Source: Halocafeteria seosinensis | Taxonomy: Eukaryota | DNA length: 58,408 nucleotides | Direction of reading: 5' to 3' | Assembly (NCBI GenBank): GCA_001687465.1 | Contig: LVLI01000018.1 | Location: 1-58,408, forward strand | Shown: positions 1 to 13,100 of the stretch, in pieces | How positions within the stretch are numbered: position 1 is the stretch's first letter | How the letters are laid out: the number at the start of each line of letters is the position of its first letter | Notes under the pieces: generated by a model | Seen by the model: only the letters and a program-made list of their open reading frames with translations | What the model was told of the DNA's origin: nothing | The model's database searches: none | Made by a program: the position numbers and the translations under genes

Positions 1-2709
1 GATGAGCTTATCGTACTCCCATATGCATTTGAGGGATCATCGTTTGAGCGCCTTAGCTTCACCGGTAGTCGCCTCAGAAAACTGAGGACACAAGCGTTCG
101 CTAAAACGTACATTGGTGAATTGTACTTGAACCATCTCCCGTCTGTGGAGCTAATAGAAGAAAAAGCCCTCGACCATTCTCGAATCGGTTACTTTGATTT
201 TACCGGCACCAACGTAAACGCTGCAGCAGCAGGCGCATTTGCAAGAATTTCCGTTGCGGGGACAAGTAAGATGGATAACGTGAAAATTGAGCAAGTTGGA
301 GAATGCATGTTTTGTGGAGCTAATGTGCACAAGCTTTCAATGAAGGACTCTTCACTGCATACGGTACAAGATCGTATGTTCAGCTCCATTACCGTGGATA
401 GCCTTCAACTCGCTCATGGTAATTTTCGAAAGATAGAGAGTTATGCGTTTGCCAACAGTACCATTCGATTTCTTGGGATCAGTGATTTAGAATTCTTACA
501 ATTCGTGAACCGAACAGCATGGGAGGGGATCACCCTCTCTACTTTGGACTCATCGCGAACCAGCTTAGTTCAGTCCCTTCAGTGTTTCCCTGCCGTTAAA
601 TACTGCTACGTAGAACTCCGGACTGAGAAAGGGATACGAGTACCGTCGTGTCAGATCGTCCCAGATGGCCAGTACTGTCCTCTCAATGGAGAACCTGTTG
701 CTCCTTGTCCGAGTGGTCATTACTGCCCGTTCGCGGATGCTGTGACTCTTCCTATTCCCTGTCCTGTAGGGCGATTCAACGATGAAATCGGCCAACGGAG
801 CATTGACAGTTGCATGAAATGTCCCCGCGGTCGATATTCATCTGAAAAAGGAGGTACTAGTATCTCGTGCACAATGTGCGACAAAGGCACTTTCAACGCT
901 CATGAAGGTGCAACATCTATCGAGGCATGCCAACTTTGTGCTCCGGGACGCTACGCCTCTCTCGGAAGTACAGCTTGTGAGGATTGTCCAGCTGGCGAAT
1001 TTTCACCAGTCGCCGGGGCAAGTGATCTCTCTGCCTGCACAGAGTGTCCAAAAGGAACATTCTCATCGCAGCCTGGAGCCAACAGCTCTGCGAGCTGTCG
1101 TTCTTGCCCTGCAGGTAAAACAACGACCTCTTCGGGTAACTCATTCAAGGAGTCATGCATACGCATTCGAAAATCATGTCAATCGGCGACGCAGACGATA
1201 AAGAACGGAATGTGTCTTTGCTCACCAGGTTCGTATTGGGATGGAAAGTCTTGCCGGGACTGCAAACCAGGCATGTTTACCGACAAATTTCACATGCTAA
1301 CTTCTTGTAAGAAATGCCCACCAGGACGCTTCGTCGATGGCTCTGGATCGAAAGGCTGTAAATTGTGTCCGAGAGGCTCTGTAGCCACCGAAGCTGGCAG
1401 CGAAAGATGCAGGAGCTGTTCTTCGGGCACACTTTGCCCACCGGGGTCCGCAGCAGAACTCTCAGTGGACTCTGTAACTGCACTTCAGCAGTACAGTTCA
1501 AACGGCACCACGACTGGTTCACACTATGCTTCAGTTCCTTCTGCGCTATCGCACACTGAGTCTATTGGTGGCAGTAGAGATGCACTCTTAGTGAGCTACG
1601 GAGTTATTCTGATTACGATAGTCACGGTGGGAATCGTCGCATACCATCGGAAATCATCCGTTCTTCAAGTAATCGCCAGGTGCGATGCATTTGCCGAAGA
1701 TCACTATCGGAATGATGGGGAGAATTTGAAAAAAACCAAAACAGCTCTGGGTGGTTTCGTTTCGATCTGTTTCGTCGTCACTGTAGTGGCCCTCGCTTCT
1801 CAAGAAATTGACCTGTTCGTGAACGATAATCTGATGGTATCTGAGAGTACAATGTTTCTCCAGTTGACGACATATCCAGTTGGAACTAAGTCGATTTCGT
1901 TGGAGATAGAAGGAGTTTCTTCCCATATGCAGTACACTAACGCGTCTGTTCCTTGTAGCAAAGAACAGCTAGCAATTCCTGAGGGCTGGATCGCACAATC
2001 TTTCAGAAATGAGAAAACTAAGTCTTGCAAATGGTTCACATTCTGCAAAGCTAACAATTGTGAGTTGCCTTTAACCTTTGAGATCCGGCTGCGCGGAACG
2101 ACAGCGTATGAAGTATTTTCGTGGAGGTATACTGTTACTAGCGCCAACGGAGACGCTGACCAAATGAGGGAAACAACGCATTTGCTTTCCGCGGAAGAGC
2201 AGCAAGTAAAATCTGGCCACGAATATGAAGTTGAGTTCATTCCTACCGTACGAGAAACACTGTCGGAAGTGACAACGGGATACAGAGGACATACGGTTTC
2301 GGACTCGGAAAAAGGCCCCGCTCGAGAAACTGCTAGTATTGACGAACCCTTTGAATTAGTTTGGAAGAATGAGGTGTCTTCTTTACTGGATCTAATGGTG
2401 TTGAGGAAACGACGTACAGTATTCGAACTCGTCAGCTCGTTGCTAGGTCTCGTAGCTGGTGTTGTCGGTGGCTTCCGAATAGTATTGAAAGGGATGGAGT
2501 TGAGTAGATCCCGTGCTGATTCGATAAGGAACAGCAAGAAAAACCCGTCACCCCTAAAGGGTCAACAGAGAGATTCGGAAAAGAAGGTACGGGATTCGCT
2601 GCCAACTCCAGTGGCAGAGAACCCCTTGCGTGGGAGACATCTTCAGCATCGTCCCCGTGTAAGAGCTGCCGATTTTGTCACCGAAGACCGACGCTCGAAA
2701 GCGCCGTGA
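1..2709 (+). CDS. 5'-truncated membrane protein: LRR-like (BspA-type) N-terminus, tandem CxxCPxG Cys-rich repeats, three predicted TM segments
   Basis: Frame 1 is open from base 1 (DELIVLPYAFEGSSFERL...) into the 862-aa ORF. It has IESYAF-type LRR-like segments and many C-x2-C-P-x-G-x-(Y/F) repeats. Hydrophobic segments: LLVSYGVILITIVTVGIVAY, ALGGFVSICFVVTVVALA and VFELVSSLLGLVAGVVGGF. Confidence 0.75.
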   Translation, partial: DELIVLPYAFEGSSFERLSFTGSRLRKLRTQAFAKTYIGELYLNHLPSVELIEEKALDHSRIGYFDFTGTNVNAAAAGAFARISVAGTSKMDNVKIEQVGECMFCGANVHKLSMKDSSLHTVQDRMFSSITVDSLQLAHGNFRKIESYAFANSTIRFLGISDLEFLQFVNRTAWEGITLSTLDSSRTSLVQSLQCFPAVKYCYVELRTEKGIRVPSCQIVPDGQYCPLNGEPVAPCPSGHYCPFADAVTLPIPCPVGRFNDEIGQRSIDSCMKCPRGRYSSEKGGTSISCTMCDKGTFNAHEGATSIEACQLCAPGRYASLGSTACEDCPAGEFSPVAGASDLSACTECPKGTFSSQPGANSSASCRSCPAGKTTTSSGNSFKESCIRIRKSCQSATQTIKNGMCLCSPGSYWDGKSCRDCKPGMFTDKFHMLTSCKKCPPGRFVDGSGSKGCKLCPRGSVATEAGSERCRSCSSGTLCPPGSAAELSVDSVTALQQYSSNGTTTGSHYASVPSALSHTESIGGSRDALLVSYGVILITIVTVGIVAYHRKSSVLQVIARCDAFAEDHYRNDGENLKKTKTALGGFVSICFVVTVVALASQEIDLFVNDNLMVSESTMFLQLTTYPVGTKSISLEIEGVSSHMQYTNASVPCSKEQLAIPEGWIAQSFRNEKTKSCKWFTFCKANNCELPLTFEIRLRGTTAYEVFSWRYTVTSANGDADQMRETTHLLSAEEQQVKSGHEYEVEFIPTVRETLSEVTTGYRGHTVSDSEKGPARETASIDEPFELVWKNEVSSLLDLMVLRKRRTVFELVSSLLGLVAGVVGGFRIVLKGMELSRSRADSIRNSKKNPSPLKGQQRDSEKKVRDSLPTPVAENPLRGRHLQHRPRVRAADFVTEDRRSKAP

Positions 2710-3829
2710 TCGCTCTATTAGGTATGTAGCAAAAATCAGAACCATTTGAGCAACCAAGAAAGAGCTCACAACAGCTGATCCTTTCGAACTTTCAGACAAA
2801 ATGGAGGATACGCCTAGCAGGTATAGGCTGAATAAACTCACGACATGAACGTAAGAAGCACCCTGGGCGTACAATTCACCCACTCGCCGGTCGGTAGACC
2901 ACTGACTAGGCTTGCAGCAAAGAAAGATGCGGTTTTTCCAGCGACCCCAATACCTCGCTTTTGAGGCAATAACGACAACACCCGGTTACCTATAAATGCG
3001 ATATCCAATGTAAACACTCTGCAATTTCTTCATCCTTTCCGAAGAATAGCAGTCTACAGTACAGTATCTCTCTGGCTGGAATACTAAAGCCTGAACGCCC
3101 GCGGGAAATCCACGCTTGGCACGGTATATTACGCCATTAAGCGCAAATCGCACACAGCTTCGTCTTGTAATATTTCGCGATGCAGCTTCTCCTCTCCCTG
3201 TGTTGTACTGCGTATAGTAAGTGCGATTTTATCTAACCTGTCAAGCGCTGATAATTTCCTTCATATGGCTAGTAGCGCAATCAATGTGAGGGAAAGTCTC
3301 CGGGTAAGTGCCTTCATGATCGTAAATATCGGTGTCATATCCTCACCCCAGGTCCTTGCAATTTGAATGCTGCTGAAGATTATCTTGATGCTTCACGATG
3401 AATACACTTCCAGTAATCAACATACCGAAACACCCGTTCTCACTACCAAGCCGGAGGCTACACAGTATAAGGCTGCTGAGTTTGCCCCTCGGGATGCCAC
3501 AAACTCGAAGACTGAGCATACGTTGTTTGGCTCTTCGTCTGCTTCTTCCCATTTTGCACACTAATACCATCAGGAACTTGGTCAAGACTTGATGTCCAAT
3601 TGGGTATCATTGCGACCCTCAATAGAGTAACCTCAAGGGCGAATAGTACCGCAGCGGCCGCAGGTCTTCCTAAGCTCTGAAGTAATCCCGTCAATAAAAA
3701 GCAGGTCACCTAGTGTCCGCTGTAAGCCGGGCAGGTTGACACCAGATTTAGGAACTGCCGTTTCTGCCGGCTCCCATCATTAGTCCGTTTCAGCTTCTTG
3801 TTCGTGGTTAAAGGCGTGTTTTGCCCGTT

Positions 3830-4105
3830 TCATGTTCTCTGACTTCGTTGCGATGGAGGCGGTTTCCCTGCTGTCCTGGCTAATCTGTCTCCTGTGAGTG
3901 GAACTGGCTCTGTCTCGTCAATATGCACCGTGCTCGTTGGGTGGCAACTTGGGCCTTTACTATCAGGTCCATAACTGACCTCACTTCTTCTTCGTCTCGC
4001 GGGTCCACGATCACCCTGCGTATATACATAGTTCTCCAGTTCCACTGATATCGTGTCATGTTGGCACATCCTTTGCGCCGCATTCCTTCTTTGCGGTACC
4101 CCCAA
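3830..4105 (-). mobile_element. Decayed C-terminal restriction-like endonuclease (RLE) fragment of a non-LTR retrotransposon
   Basis: Across frameshifts it reads QHD..VELENY / VIVDPR..VMDLIV / ID..PLTGDRLARTAG. It shares clear nucleotide similarity with 57911-58132 (e.g. GCTGTCCTGGCTAaTCTGTCTCCTGTGAGTGG). Confidence 0.55.
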
Positions 4106-4783
4106 TCCGTTCTTTAGGCTACCGCGTAGCCGTTCATCGATCTGCGATAGGTCAGCTGGTAGGTATCACCAACTTCGTCTTCTGCTTCTTAAATCATTTA
4201 TCTGTTACCTTTCTATTTCCTGCTATTGGAGTCCCCTCGTGGTCGTCTCCCAATACATGAATATTGTACCGGCACCTCAAACTTTTGCTGAACCACGCTG
4301 ACGGCACGGGATGTAACCTCCGTTGGCTCGTACATCGCAATTTCCTGTTTCCATTATTTGCATGCATTTCACTTGATTTGGCGACAAGCAATTCAACTGG
4401 AAGGAAAAGGACTACACGTTGGAATGCAGTATCGCTCTCGATTTGCTCGCGACCATTATCAATTACCGTCCGTGTTGTTGTGTTGCACTGCAAACCTTGA
4501 TGATTCGTCGCATAGTAAGCACCGGCGGTGGCTTTCCTCTGGTAGTACGTCTTCTCTTCAGCTCGGGCGTTCCCGATCCTAAAAGTTTCAGGCTAAAACT
4601 GGCCCACTTCCTCTAACGTCGACGCAAAGATTGTCGGCTTCGAGTAACTTAACGGTCTTTTCCAGTGTATAGAGCGTATATTCGTGTAATTTTTGGTATT
4701 TCCGATGCGCGCATGCATAGCATAGTGGGAAATATTCTCGGAGGCTCTCCTGTACCCTGCATTCGTTCGTTATACAGTCCGCA

Positions 4784-5506
4784 ATGGAGTTCGAGGAGGG
4801 TGATGTAAGGCATTTTTGGGTCTATATGAGGCCATTTGGTGCATTTATGAGACTATCCGCGCTTCAATCGAAGCCTCAAAGAGGGGACGAGAGCCTGTGT
4901 TATCTCATCTCATCGTTCATGCTGATTGTATCTTGTGGCCTTGCAGAATGAATTTGTCATAGAGGACGTGGAGATGATTATCCGTAATGTACGGCATATA
5001 CACGTCTATAGAGCGATATGGGATGCTTGCTAAGTTTTTCCTCTCTCTCTCTCTCTGTGTGTAACAGGCTCTCCAACAAACGCTCGCCGATAGCGCGTAT
5101 CAGGCTAACAAAGTGGACACCTGGACCAATCAAATTATCGATTCCTGTCTCAAAGGACTCAAAGATTTGAATAAACCTTTTAAATATATAGGTAAGCATT
5201 ATTGGACACAAGTTGAGGTAATAATCACGATCATCTAGGGGTGTGGGCGATTGTCTGCAGTAACATGTATCATAGTCCAAAAGACGGGATCTAGTGTGCA
5301 CACCGCAGCTAGTACATATTGGGATGTTAAAAGAGATGGTATGCAGAATGCTCGCTTTGTAGCGCGGACACCGTACTCATCGCGGTTCGCTCTTTTGTTG
5401 TGATGCAGACATGTGTAAGGCTTCTTGGGAAAACAGTACAATGCACGTAGTGTGCACGGTTTACGGCATGTCGTTGTCTCCCTCACCGCCTGATGATGAT
5501 ATGTGA
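4784..5506 (+). CDS. DYNLT1: Dynein light chain, Tctex-1 type (5 exons; absent from the ORF track)
   Basis: Exons 4784-4804, 4947-4988, 5068-5191, 5261-5338 and 5409-5506 are joined by phase-compatible GT-AG introns. They give MEFEEGDNEFVIEDVEMIIRNALQQTLADSAYQANKVDTWTNQIIDSCLKGLKDLNKPFKYIVTCIIVQKTGSSVHTAASTYWDVKRDDMCKASWENSTMHVVCTVYGM..., with the Tctex PFKYIV...WD...WEN signature. Confidence 0.92.
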
Positions 5507-6337
5507 GAAGGAAAATGCGGGAGATTAGTCTCTTTGAATGTGTTAACTACACATTTGACACTCGACATCGTTGGTTGTGAAAGCACCGAAGCAAGCTTGC
5601 AAAATCTGTGGAGAATCGAGAGCACGCCTACTTTACCAGACCGAAAGAGGAGAAGCAATGCCACTGCGCCTTAATTATGTTGTTATAACGCCTCCTCGGT
5701 ATACTCCGAGATATTTGATGTGTTTGCCCTGTTCCTTGCATGTTTTCGGTCTATTTGATGATCTAATGGTGTCACTGTACACCTGTGGGGCTGACAGACA
5801 TCAAGCAATGCACATCAAAAACGGTTGGGACTTTTTTCTTGCTGTCTACTACCTCTATCATTCCTCGTTTCTTGTGACGGCTTGACTTGACAAAATATAT
5901 TCCGTTCCTCCCTCTGATAGGGACCCATACGACACCTATGCACTTGGAAGCTCACACATTGAATTCCAATATAGTTAATTTATCAGATTCCAATCCTCAG
6001 CCATGAGTATCGCCAGCACGGTGGTTACGTCGTCTTACATCCATCCAACTGCAAATTATCACGTTCTCGGAGTTAAAGCTCCGAATTCATCCAACACAAC
6101 AACCACGCCCTGTTCGAGCTTCCAACGAAAGGATTGGCCATGCCGATTCCCCAGAATTCCTGCGGCCCCGCGAAGTTGAAGTTGAAGTTTGCCTCATGGG
6201 TCCCTCGTGGGCCTTAGCGGCTGTTTTCGTGGGTATACAGGGGTTGTTTCTGATATTTTTGCACTATGATGTTTGTATGACTTGCTAGATTAGAGTACGC
6301 AAGTGGTGGTAGTGGTAGTGGTAGTTTTGGAGATACG

Positions 6338-8861
6338 ATGGAAGAGGACCCGGAAGCTGCCGCGGAAGCGCTGTATGCTTGGGTAAGATTCAGAGGTTTA
6401 TTGGGGCTTTCTAGTGCATAAAATTCACTTCTGTTGCATCCTTACATGCTAATCTTCCAGCTGCGCAAGGCGGCGGGCGAAAATGAGTCCGAAGAGAAGG
6501 ATGAGGCGATAATATCGACCCAAGACTTCACAGATTATGTCCAGAATGGCACTGTTTTAAATCGTATTTTTCATCAAATTCAGTATGTTTTCTGAACTCG
6601 TGCATACCTGTACCGGAATCGCCGTTCATTTTACTGTCTAGTGTAATTTGTTTCAGCTCGAATGATGCGGTGGAGGAGGAGCAGGGGCAGTCTGAAGATA
6701 CCAACGCGTCCACGATCCTGGGGAAAATCCGCCAGGATGCACTGTCCATGTTGATTCAGCACCAGAGCTCGAGTTCCGATGAGACGAATATCAAGGATAT
6801 TGTGAATGAAATCGATGTGCATGCGGCCTCACAAGGAAACGTGCAGGCTCTTGTGGAGTTAGCGGCTTTGGTGCTAGCGGCCGCACTAAGTTCTGACACT
6901 TCCCGTAATGAACATATCGAATATGTGACCTCATTGAACGAAACATATCAGGAGACTTTGATGAATGTGATCAAGAAATATTTAGGAGATGATATGGGAG
7001 GGGCTGACGAAACGCATCATGATCGACAACACAGCTCGTCCATTCCCTCAGAGGAAGCATTCAATGAACAAGCAGAAGCCGCTGATACGAACGATAAAAA
7101 GAGCCTGCAAAGACGCATAGACCAGCTAGAGATGGAAAATGTACGTAGTTTCTCTTTTGCTATCGTCTGTCTGTAGGTGTTAACTTGAATATATCACTTC
7201 TATTTACTCGTATCGTCCGGGTGCAGGATGAACTGAAACGAGAAAATGAGCTACTAAAGCAAGAAGCAAACCAAGGGAGCAACGATGTACCATCTGGTCA
7301 CGTTGGCGAGGAGGGATTTTCAAATCATGTACAAGAACTTCTAACGCAGTTAGAGGAACACCAACAAGAGATAACGCGCCTACGAAACGAGGGAGAGTCC
7401 ACCAGGGAAAAGCTGAAGGATCAGCTTCAAACAGTACAAGATGAACGCGATCTTTACAAGTCAAAGGTGATAAAATATTGTTAATGGTTGTATTTTGTGA
7501 AGCATAGAGTCAGCAGCTTCTTTAAGCGCGATACAGGCTCGCTCGTTGGAACGCATTGAGGCAGAGAAAGAACAGTACCGTCAACGGGCGGAAGCCAAAC
7601 AAAGCTCCATAGAAGTGAGTACCGACGTTAGCCTGATCTACTGGACGGCATTTTACCGCTAAAATGATAAGCTTTCATCCTCAGGATTTGGAAGCACAAG
7701 TGAAAGACCTAGAAAAGCAAGCTGAATCTTACAAGATGTCGAATCGGCAGCTAACTAGTGATATATCTGAAAAAGAGCACAAGGTGAGTTTACGTGAGAC
7801 CGAACAAAGCAATTCGTATCGCACTTCTCTTCTGCTTCTCCACACAGGTGTTTGAGTTATCCAAAGAGTTGTCAGAAGTTAAAGGAGAACGCGCTTCTCT
7901 ACAGGATGAAGTAGAGAAATTGCGCAAATCGGAGAAGGAAATCAATCAAGAGAAACGGTATCTAGAGGAGCAGCTAGAGGCCTCAAGGTCTGCTGTTGGA
8001 ACCGGCTCGGAGAAAACGGATCAATCAGCGCAGTATGTAACCGTCTGTTTGGCGTGCCGCGGTATGGTGACGGGAAACTGCAGTATATGGTGCAGAGAAG
8101 AGATAGAGCGCTTGCGGAAGCAACTGCGTAGTTTACGGGAGGAAAGGGATAATGCTAAGGAAGCTAGCAATGAGTATTACCGAGAAGTATCCCAGCTGAA
8201 GGCAGAAAAAGAAAACCTTCAGAGTGAACTAAAGCGGAATTCGGAGGAGCATGATTCCTCGTAAGTTCGTCAGCTTATAGGAGGGGAATTACTTTACCCA
8301 CCTCGTGATTCTTGTCTGCATGCAGGCAAGCAAAGGCCACTACCAATGCCACTAATGTTGAACAGTCTGCCGAAATATCAAGGCTAAGAGAAAAAGTAGA
8401 AACTCTGCAGAATCAATTGGAGAGAAAGAAGGAGGATGTTAAAGATATGGAGGCTCTGTAAGCATTGGTTTGCTTCTCCGTCGTACTTGCGTTTTAGTAT
8501 ATCCCGACTCAACTGCAGTAAGGATGAGCGCCTGGAATTGACGAAAAAGATATCACAGCTGGAAGAACAAATACAGGAGAAGGAGAACCAGCTGAAGGTG
8601 CGTTGCTTATTTGTGTGTGCTGACTTGTTCACTATTGTAGGCATAGTGCGTAGCCCTCATTCCGTCCAGGTACAAAGAGAGCGAACCAATGAAGCCATGG
8701 CTAGATCGGAGGCCACGCAGCCACTGATTAGCTCCACGCTATATCAGTTAGGTAACCAGTTTCTACGCTCACAGTTGCTTGGGAAGAGCTCATCCCACGT
8801 TTCTCCATTGCAACAACACCGTCGAGAAGTCAGGAAGCAAGCATACCGTCAGGATGACTAG
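6338..8861 (+). CDS. Hook-family-like coiled-coil dynein adaptor (multi-exon)
   Basis: The N-terminal EALYAW|L...NGTVLNRIFHQI resembles the Hook CH-like domain. Long heptad-rich exons follow (6670-8600). The C-terminal LISSTLYQLG...SPLQQHRR resembles the Hook tail (LIxSAWYxxG...SFLxxQR). GT-AG introns separate the ORF pieces. Confidence 0.68.
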
Positions 8862-10125
8862 TATGTCTTAAAGTGAAAGTTTCATTAGGCATCGTCGTGT
8901 AGCGAAAAGGTTGTTAGGGAATACCACGCAAAACTATAGTGTCCATTTCAAATAGATTAAGCTATTTTTATTACTGTATATTACACGCAACAAGCCCTCG
9001 GAATCTCAACATTGGTCTCTCCTGTAACCGTCTGCGAGGTTTTCGCTGGACATTGTTCGATGCATTATTTCATGTAGGCATGATCTAGCTTTTATATTCA
9101 AATACACGGTAGAACCCGACCAGTCTATAACTCTGTCTCAATCTCGACCAGGTTCCACAAGGAGCTTCGCCCTCCACTAACGCAACTTGGTACCCTCCGA
9201 TCGATACAACTTATATCGCCAGTGCGAACGCTTGATGCCCATGATGCCAGAGCTACTTATATTATCACCGCGTCTCCACCAATAAATTCTTCGTTTGATC
9301 CTTTGATGCCGACACTGGGACCAGTCGGACATTCCCCCATTGTTCTTTCTTGACCCACTTTTTGCCGCTTCCTATTGAGATTGATTCTTGGCTGCACCCT
9401 TAAATCCCGCAGCAAGAAGTTTTGAATTCGGTTTTGCCTCGAAATCTTGAAATTGCCTATGACCCTCAATAAAGCATGCGCGAACTGTCTGCTCTACACA
9501 ATAAATGAATTACTGTAATCCCTCTTGATAGTGCAAGTGAAAAAATCATCTTCGGAAAAAAGAAAACAATTACTGCATTTTCGGCGACTAACAATCCAAT
9601 TCCACTCTGAACGTTTTGCAATTCTGCAAGTTGACTTGAGAACACTGATAAGTCACCACACCTGAGCTTCCGTAAAGCCTTCCACGTCGAGTTCGTGAGC
9701 CAATGGTGACGAGCCGCTCACAAACTACGGGACACAACACGCTCACACACTGAACCACAGATGGGACGTTCCTATTACTACGGATCCCATGTATAAGCTG
9801 GCGATAAAACTAGTCCCTTGTGGTGGGTTGTTTCTACAAGATAAAACTGATAACGTTTCGTCGAATGATGGCATTACAATCACCTATAAATTGCTGATTG
9901 ATATTCACTGATGCGGTACCATGGTAGTAACTCGATACTTATCTAACGAGTTTTTTAGTTGTGTCGGTCAGATCTATGCTCTTATGCCCACATGTACAAC
10001 ACAAACGGATTTTCCAACACTAAGACGATGCAGACTTTCCAAGGAGTTGCTGAGGGCAGAATAGCATCTAAACTAGGTCGTAATTTCAAACCTAAAGGAG
10101 CACCTTGCGACACAGGCCCGAGCTT

Positions 10126-13100
10126 TCATTCCCCCATGTTCAAATCTTCCAACGTCCCACCAACATCTTGATCACCTCCGTCATTAGGGTTGTAATCTCC
10201 ATCGTAATCTTCATCCTCATCTTCCAACATTTCTCCATCTTGTATACCCTCATCGTGGTCATGTTCATCGGCAAAGGAGGATACCATTGTTGAAGGTTCG
10301 TCAGCAGTTCGGGGATTGTACCCTACGGATTTAGCAGTTGTTAGCATCCTGGGCGCTATTGACATTGCCATTAGCTCCTGGAACAATAATTTGCATGCAT
10401 AGGGCAAATAAACCTGACTGATTTCCGTGCTACCACAGGCCTGGCACTCAAACGCTTGCCTCTCCAAATGGGCCTTAGCCATCAGACCGCACCGCTGACA
10501 AACATGGACCCGGTAGGCATCAGAATTAAGGAAGAGACGCTCTTGCAGCAACTGCGCCGTCCCATGAGCAATGATGCAATCCCGTTCCATCTCACCGAAG
10601 CGTAATCCTCCCTCTTTTGCACGGCCTTCCATAGGTTGTCTCGTCAGCATCGCCCGGGGGCCCCGAGCCCGAGCGTGTATCTTATCGTCAACCATATGTT
10701 TAAGCCTCTGATAATAGGTGGGTCCAATGAAAATCTGTGAATCCATCCTTCGTCCACTGTGGCCATTGTACATGACCTCGTTCCCACTTCGCTGGTATCC
10801 CACTTTGTGCAAATACTCGCTGATTTTATCGACGGAGAATTCTTCTGTGAACGGTGTAGCATCTCCTTCAAAACCATACTTCGTCAATACCTTCCCGAAC
10901 AAGCACTCAATCAATTGGCCAATGGTCATTCGCGACGGCACAGCATGAGGATTCATGATTAAATCGGGAGTGATTCCTTCGTTGGTGAAAGGCATATCTT
11001 CTTGTCTATAGATCATCCCACAAGTACCTTTCTGCCCATGACGAGAGGAGAACTTGTCCCCTAGCTGAGGATATCGAACGTTGCGTACCCTGACTTTTGT
11101 GAACCGTTGACCACTTTCATCAGTTGTCACTACCACACGATCTACTACGCCCGCCTCGTTAGGGCGCATACATGTGCTAGCGTCCTTCTTTGTTTTACCA
11201 CGTGCAGGAACACCAAGATCTTGAACCTCCGGGAGTACCGACGTCTTGCCTACTAGCACATCCCCACCACCTACAGCGGTACCTGGGGCAGCAAAACCAT
11301 CTTCATCAATTTTTTCGTAGGTAGCACGTTTCATACCAACACATGTAGTAGGGGAAGGCTTTTCAAATTGTTCTTGTTGTAATGCGCCTCTTCCAGATAG
11401 TTGTCCGGTGTGAGATCCTCGTGCACTGTCCATATACGTCCGATAGAAGACAGAGCGAAAAAGACCTCGATCTAGTGCTGCTTGATTTAGAATAACGCTG
11501 TCTTCTTGATTATATCCCGTGTAACACGCAATGGCGACGACGGTATTGATCCCCGCAGGGAGCTCACGAAAGTGCATATAATCCATTGCACGTGTGACGA
11601 CTAATGGCTTCTGAGGATAGTAAAGCACGTGAGACATTGTGTCCATCCGTAGAAGGAAATTCGAAGAATATACACCCATAGCTTGTTTTCCCATAGCAGC
11701 CTGGTAAGTATTCCGTGGAGACTGATTATGGTCAGGGAATGGGATAATTGAGGCACATATACCGAGAATCTGAGCGGAAAAGCGAATGTCTCGAAATGAA
11801 CACGTACCAAAATTGCAAATCAGTACACAACAAAATGCTTACCATTGACGGATGAATCTCACAGTGTGTGTATGTGGAGCAGTACTGTGTGTTAAGTTCT
11901 TTGGGGTTCATGGCAATCATTGTGCACTCTGCAGACGAAAGCACACCATACACTAATCGGTGAAATGCCCAAAAAGCAAGAAGTAAACCTCGCACGTACC
12001 TTCTTCCAGTGTATCGACATACTCTATCACGCCTTCTTCCATCAAGATCGAAAACCGGTTCCTTGCCGGATGATCTTCTGCAACGCCCCCTTCAGAGAGT
12101 TCTGCATTCTCTGCGTCGGCCTGCAGTTCATTTATGCGTTCGACATGGTCATTAGTGATCCTAAGCTTCTGAAACCTGCCATTAACTTGTGAATCATGCT
12201 CCGTGTCGACAATGAACAGTGGTCGACACACTCGTCCGGCATCAGTGAAGACATGAATTTCCTGTTCCGCAATGTTCCGATAAACGGACACTTCGAACTC
12301 TAATTCCCCCAAACGACGCTGTTCTTGGATAGCCTGTACAACAGTCTCCGGGTCGGGGACAATCCCGATCCAGTTGCCATTAACGAACACCTTCGTGCTT
12401 GCAGGGATATTTGAGGGATTGACGTCCTCTAGATGATACATTCCCCAATCGTCCAAAAGCTGAAGAACGGGTTCCACTGAAGAACCGACACTGACGTACG
12501 ACATCAATGACAGATTCTTTACGAGCCCTACTGCCTGACCCTCTGGCGTTTCACAGGGGCAGATCATGCCCCAGTGGGTGTTGTGCAGTTGACGTGGTTC
12601 GGGTCGTTTTCCTTCCCGGCCAAGCGGGGTGTTCAGACGCCTCAGATGCGATAACGTAGCAGCATACGTCAAGCGCTGGAGGACCTGCGACACACCAGTC
12701 TTTGGAGGGACAATACCCCTATGAATCGTCCAATTACCGGTTGCCAGACTGTACTTCAGTCCGTTAGTGATTGTATGCTGTTTGATGGACATGGGCACGT
12801 TTGGATTCTTATTGTTATCCATGCATTTTTGCAAATGTGTCCGCATATCTTTCGTAACCCGATAGAAGAGCTGCCGAAACAAGGACCCCAATAGAGGCCC
12901 TGCCAAATCGAGTCGCTTGTTACCGAAATGGTCCCGATCATCAGCATCTGCACGGCCCAAGTGACACTGCAAGAGTCTGTGAACAACATATCCCAGGAAA
13001 TAGCATTTCTTCGTTCGGTCGTTGGTGCTTGCTTCCACTCCAACGTGGGGGAGGAGGTCTTTCTGAAGAATGTCTGTAGCATGTTGGATTCTTCCTTCTC

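Noticed and set aside
3288..3460. GAGGGAAAGTCTCCGG with complementary CCGGAGGCT, resembling the RNase P/MRP P4 helix
   Set aside because: The spacing is short and I find no convincing P1 helix or other conserved regions. An Infernal/Rfam search would settle it.
8900..10100. ~1.2 kb unannotated gap between the Hook-like gene and RPB2
   Set aside because: Only short motif-less ORFs, with no repeat or RNA structure I can support.
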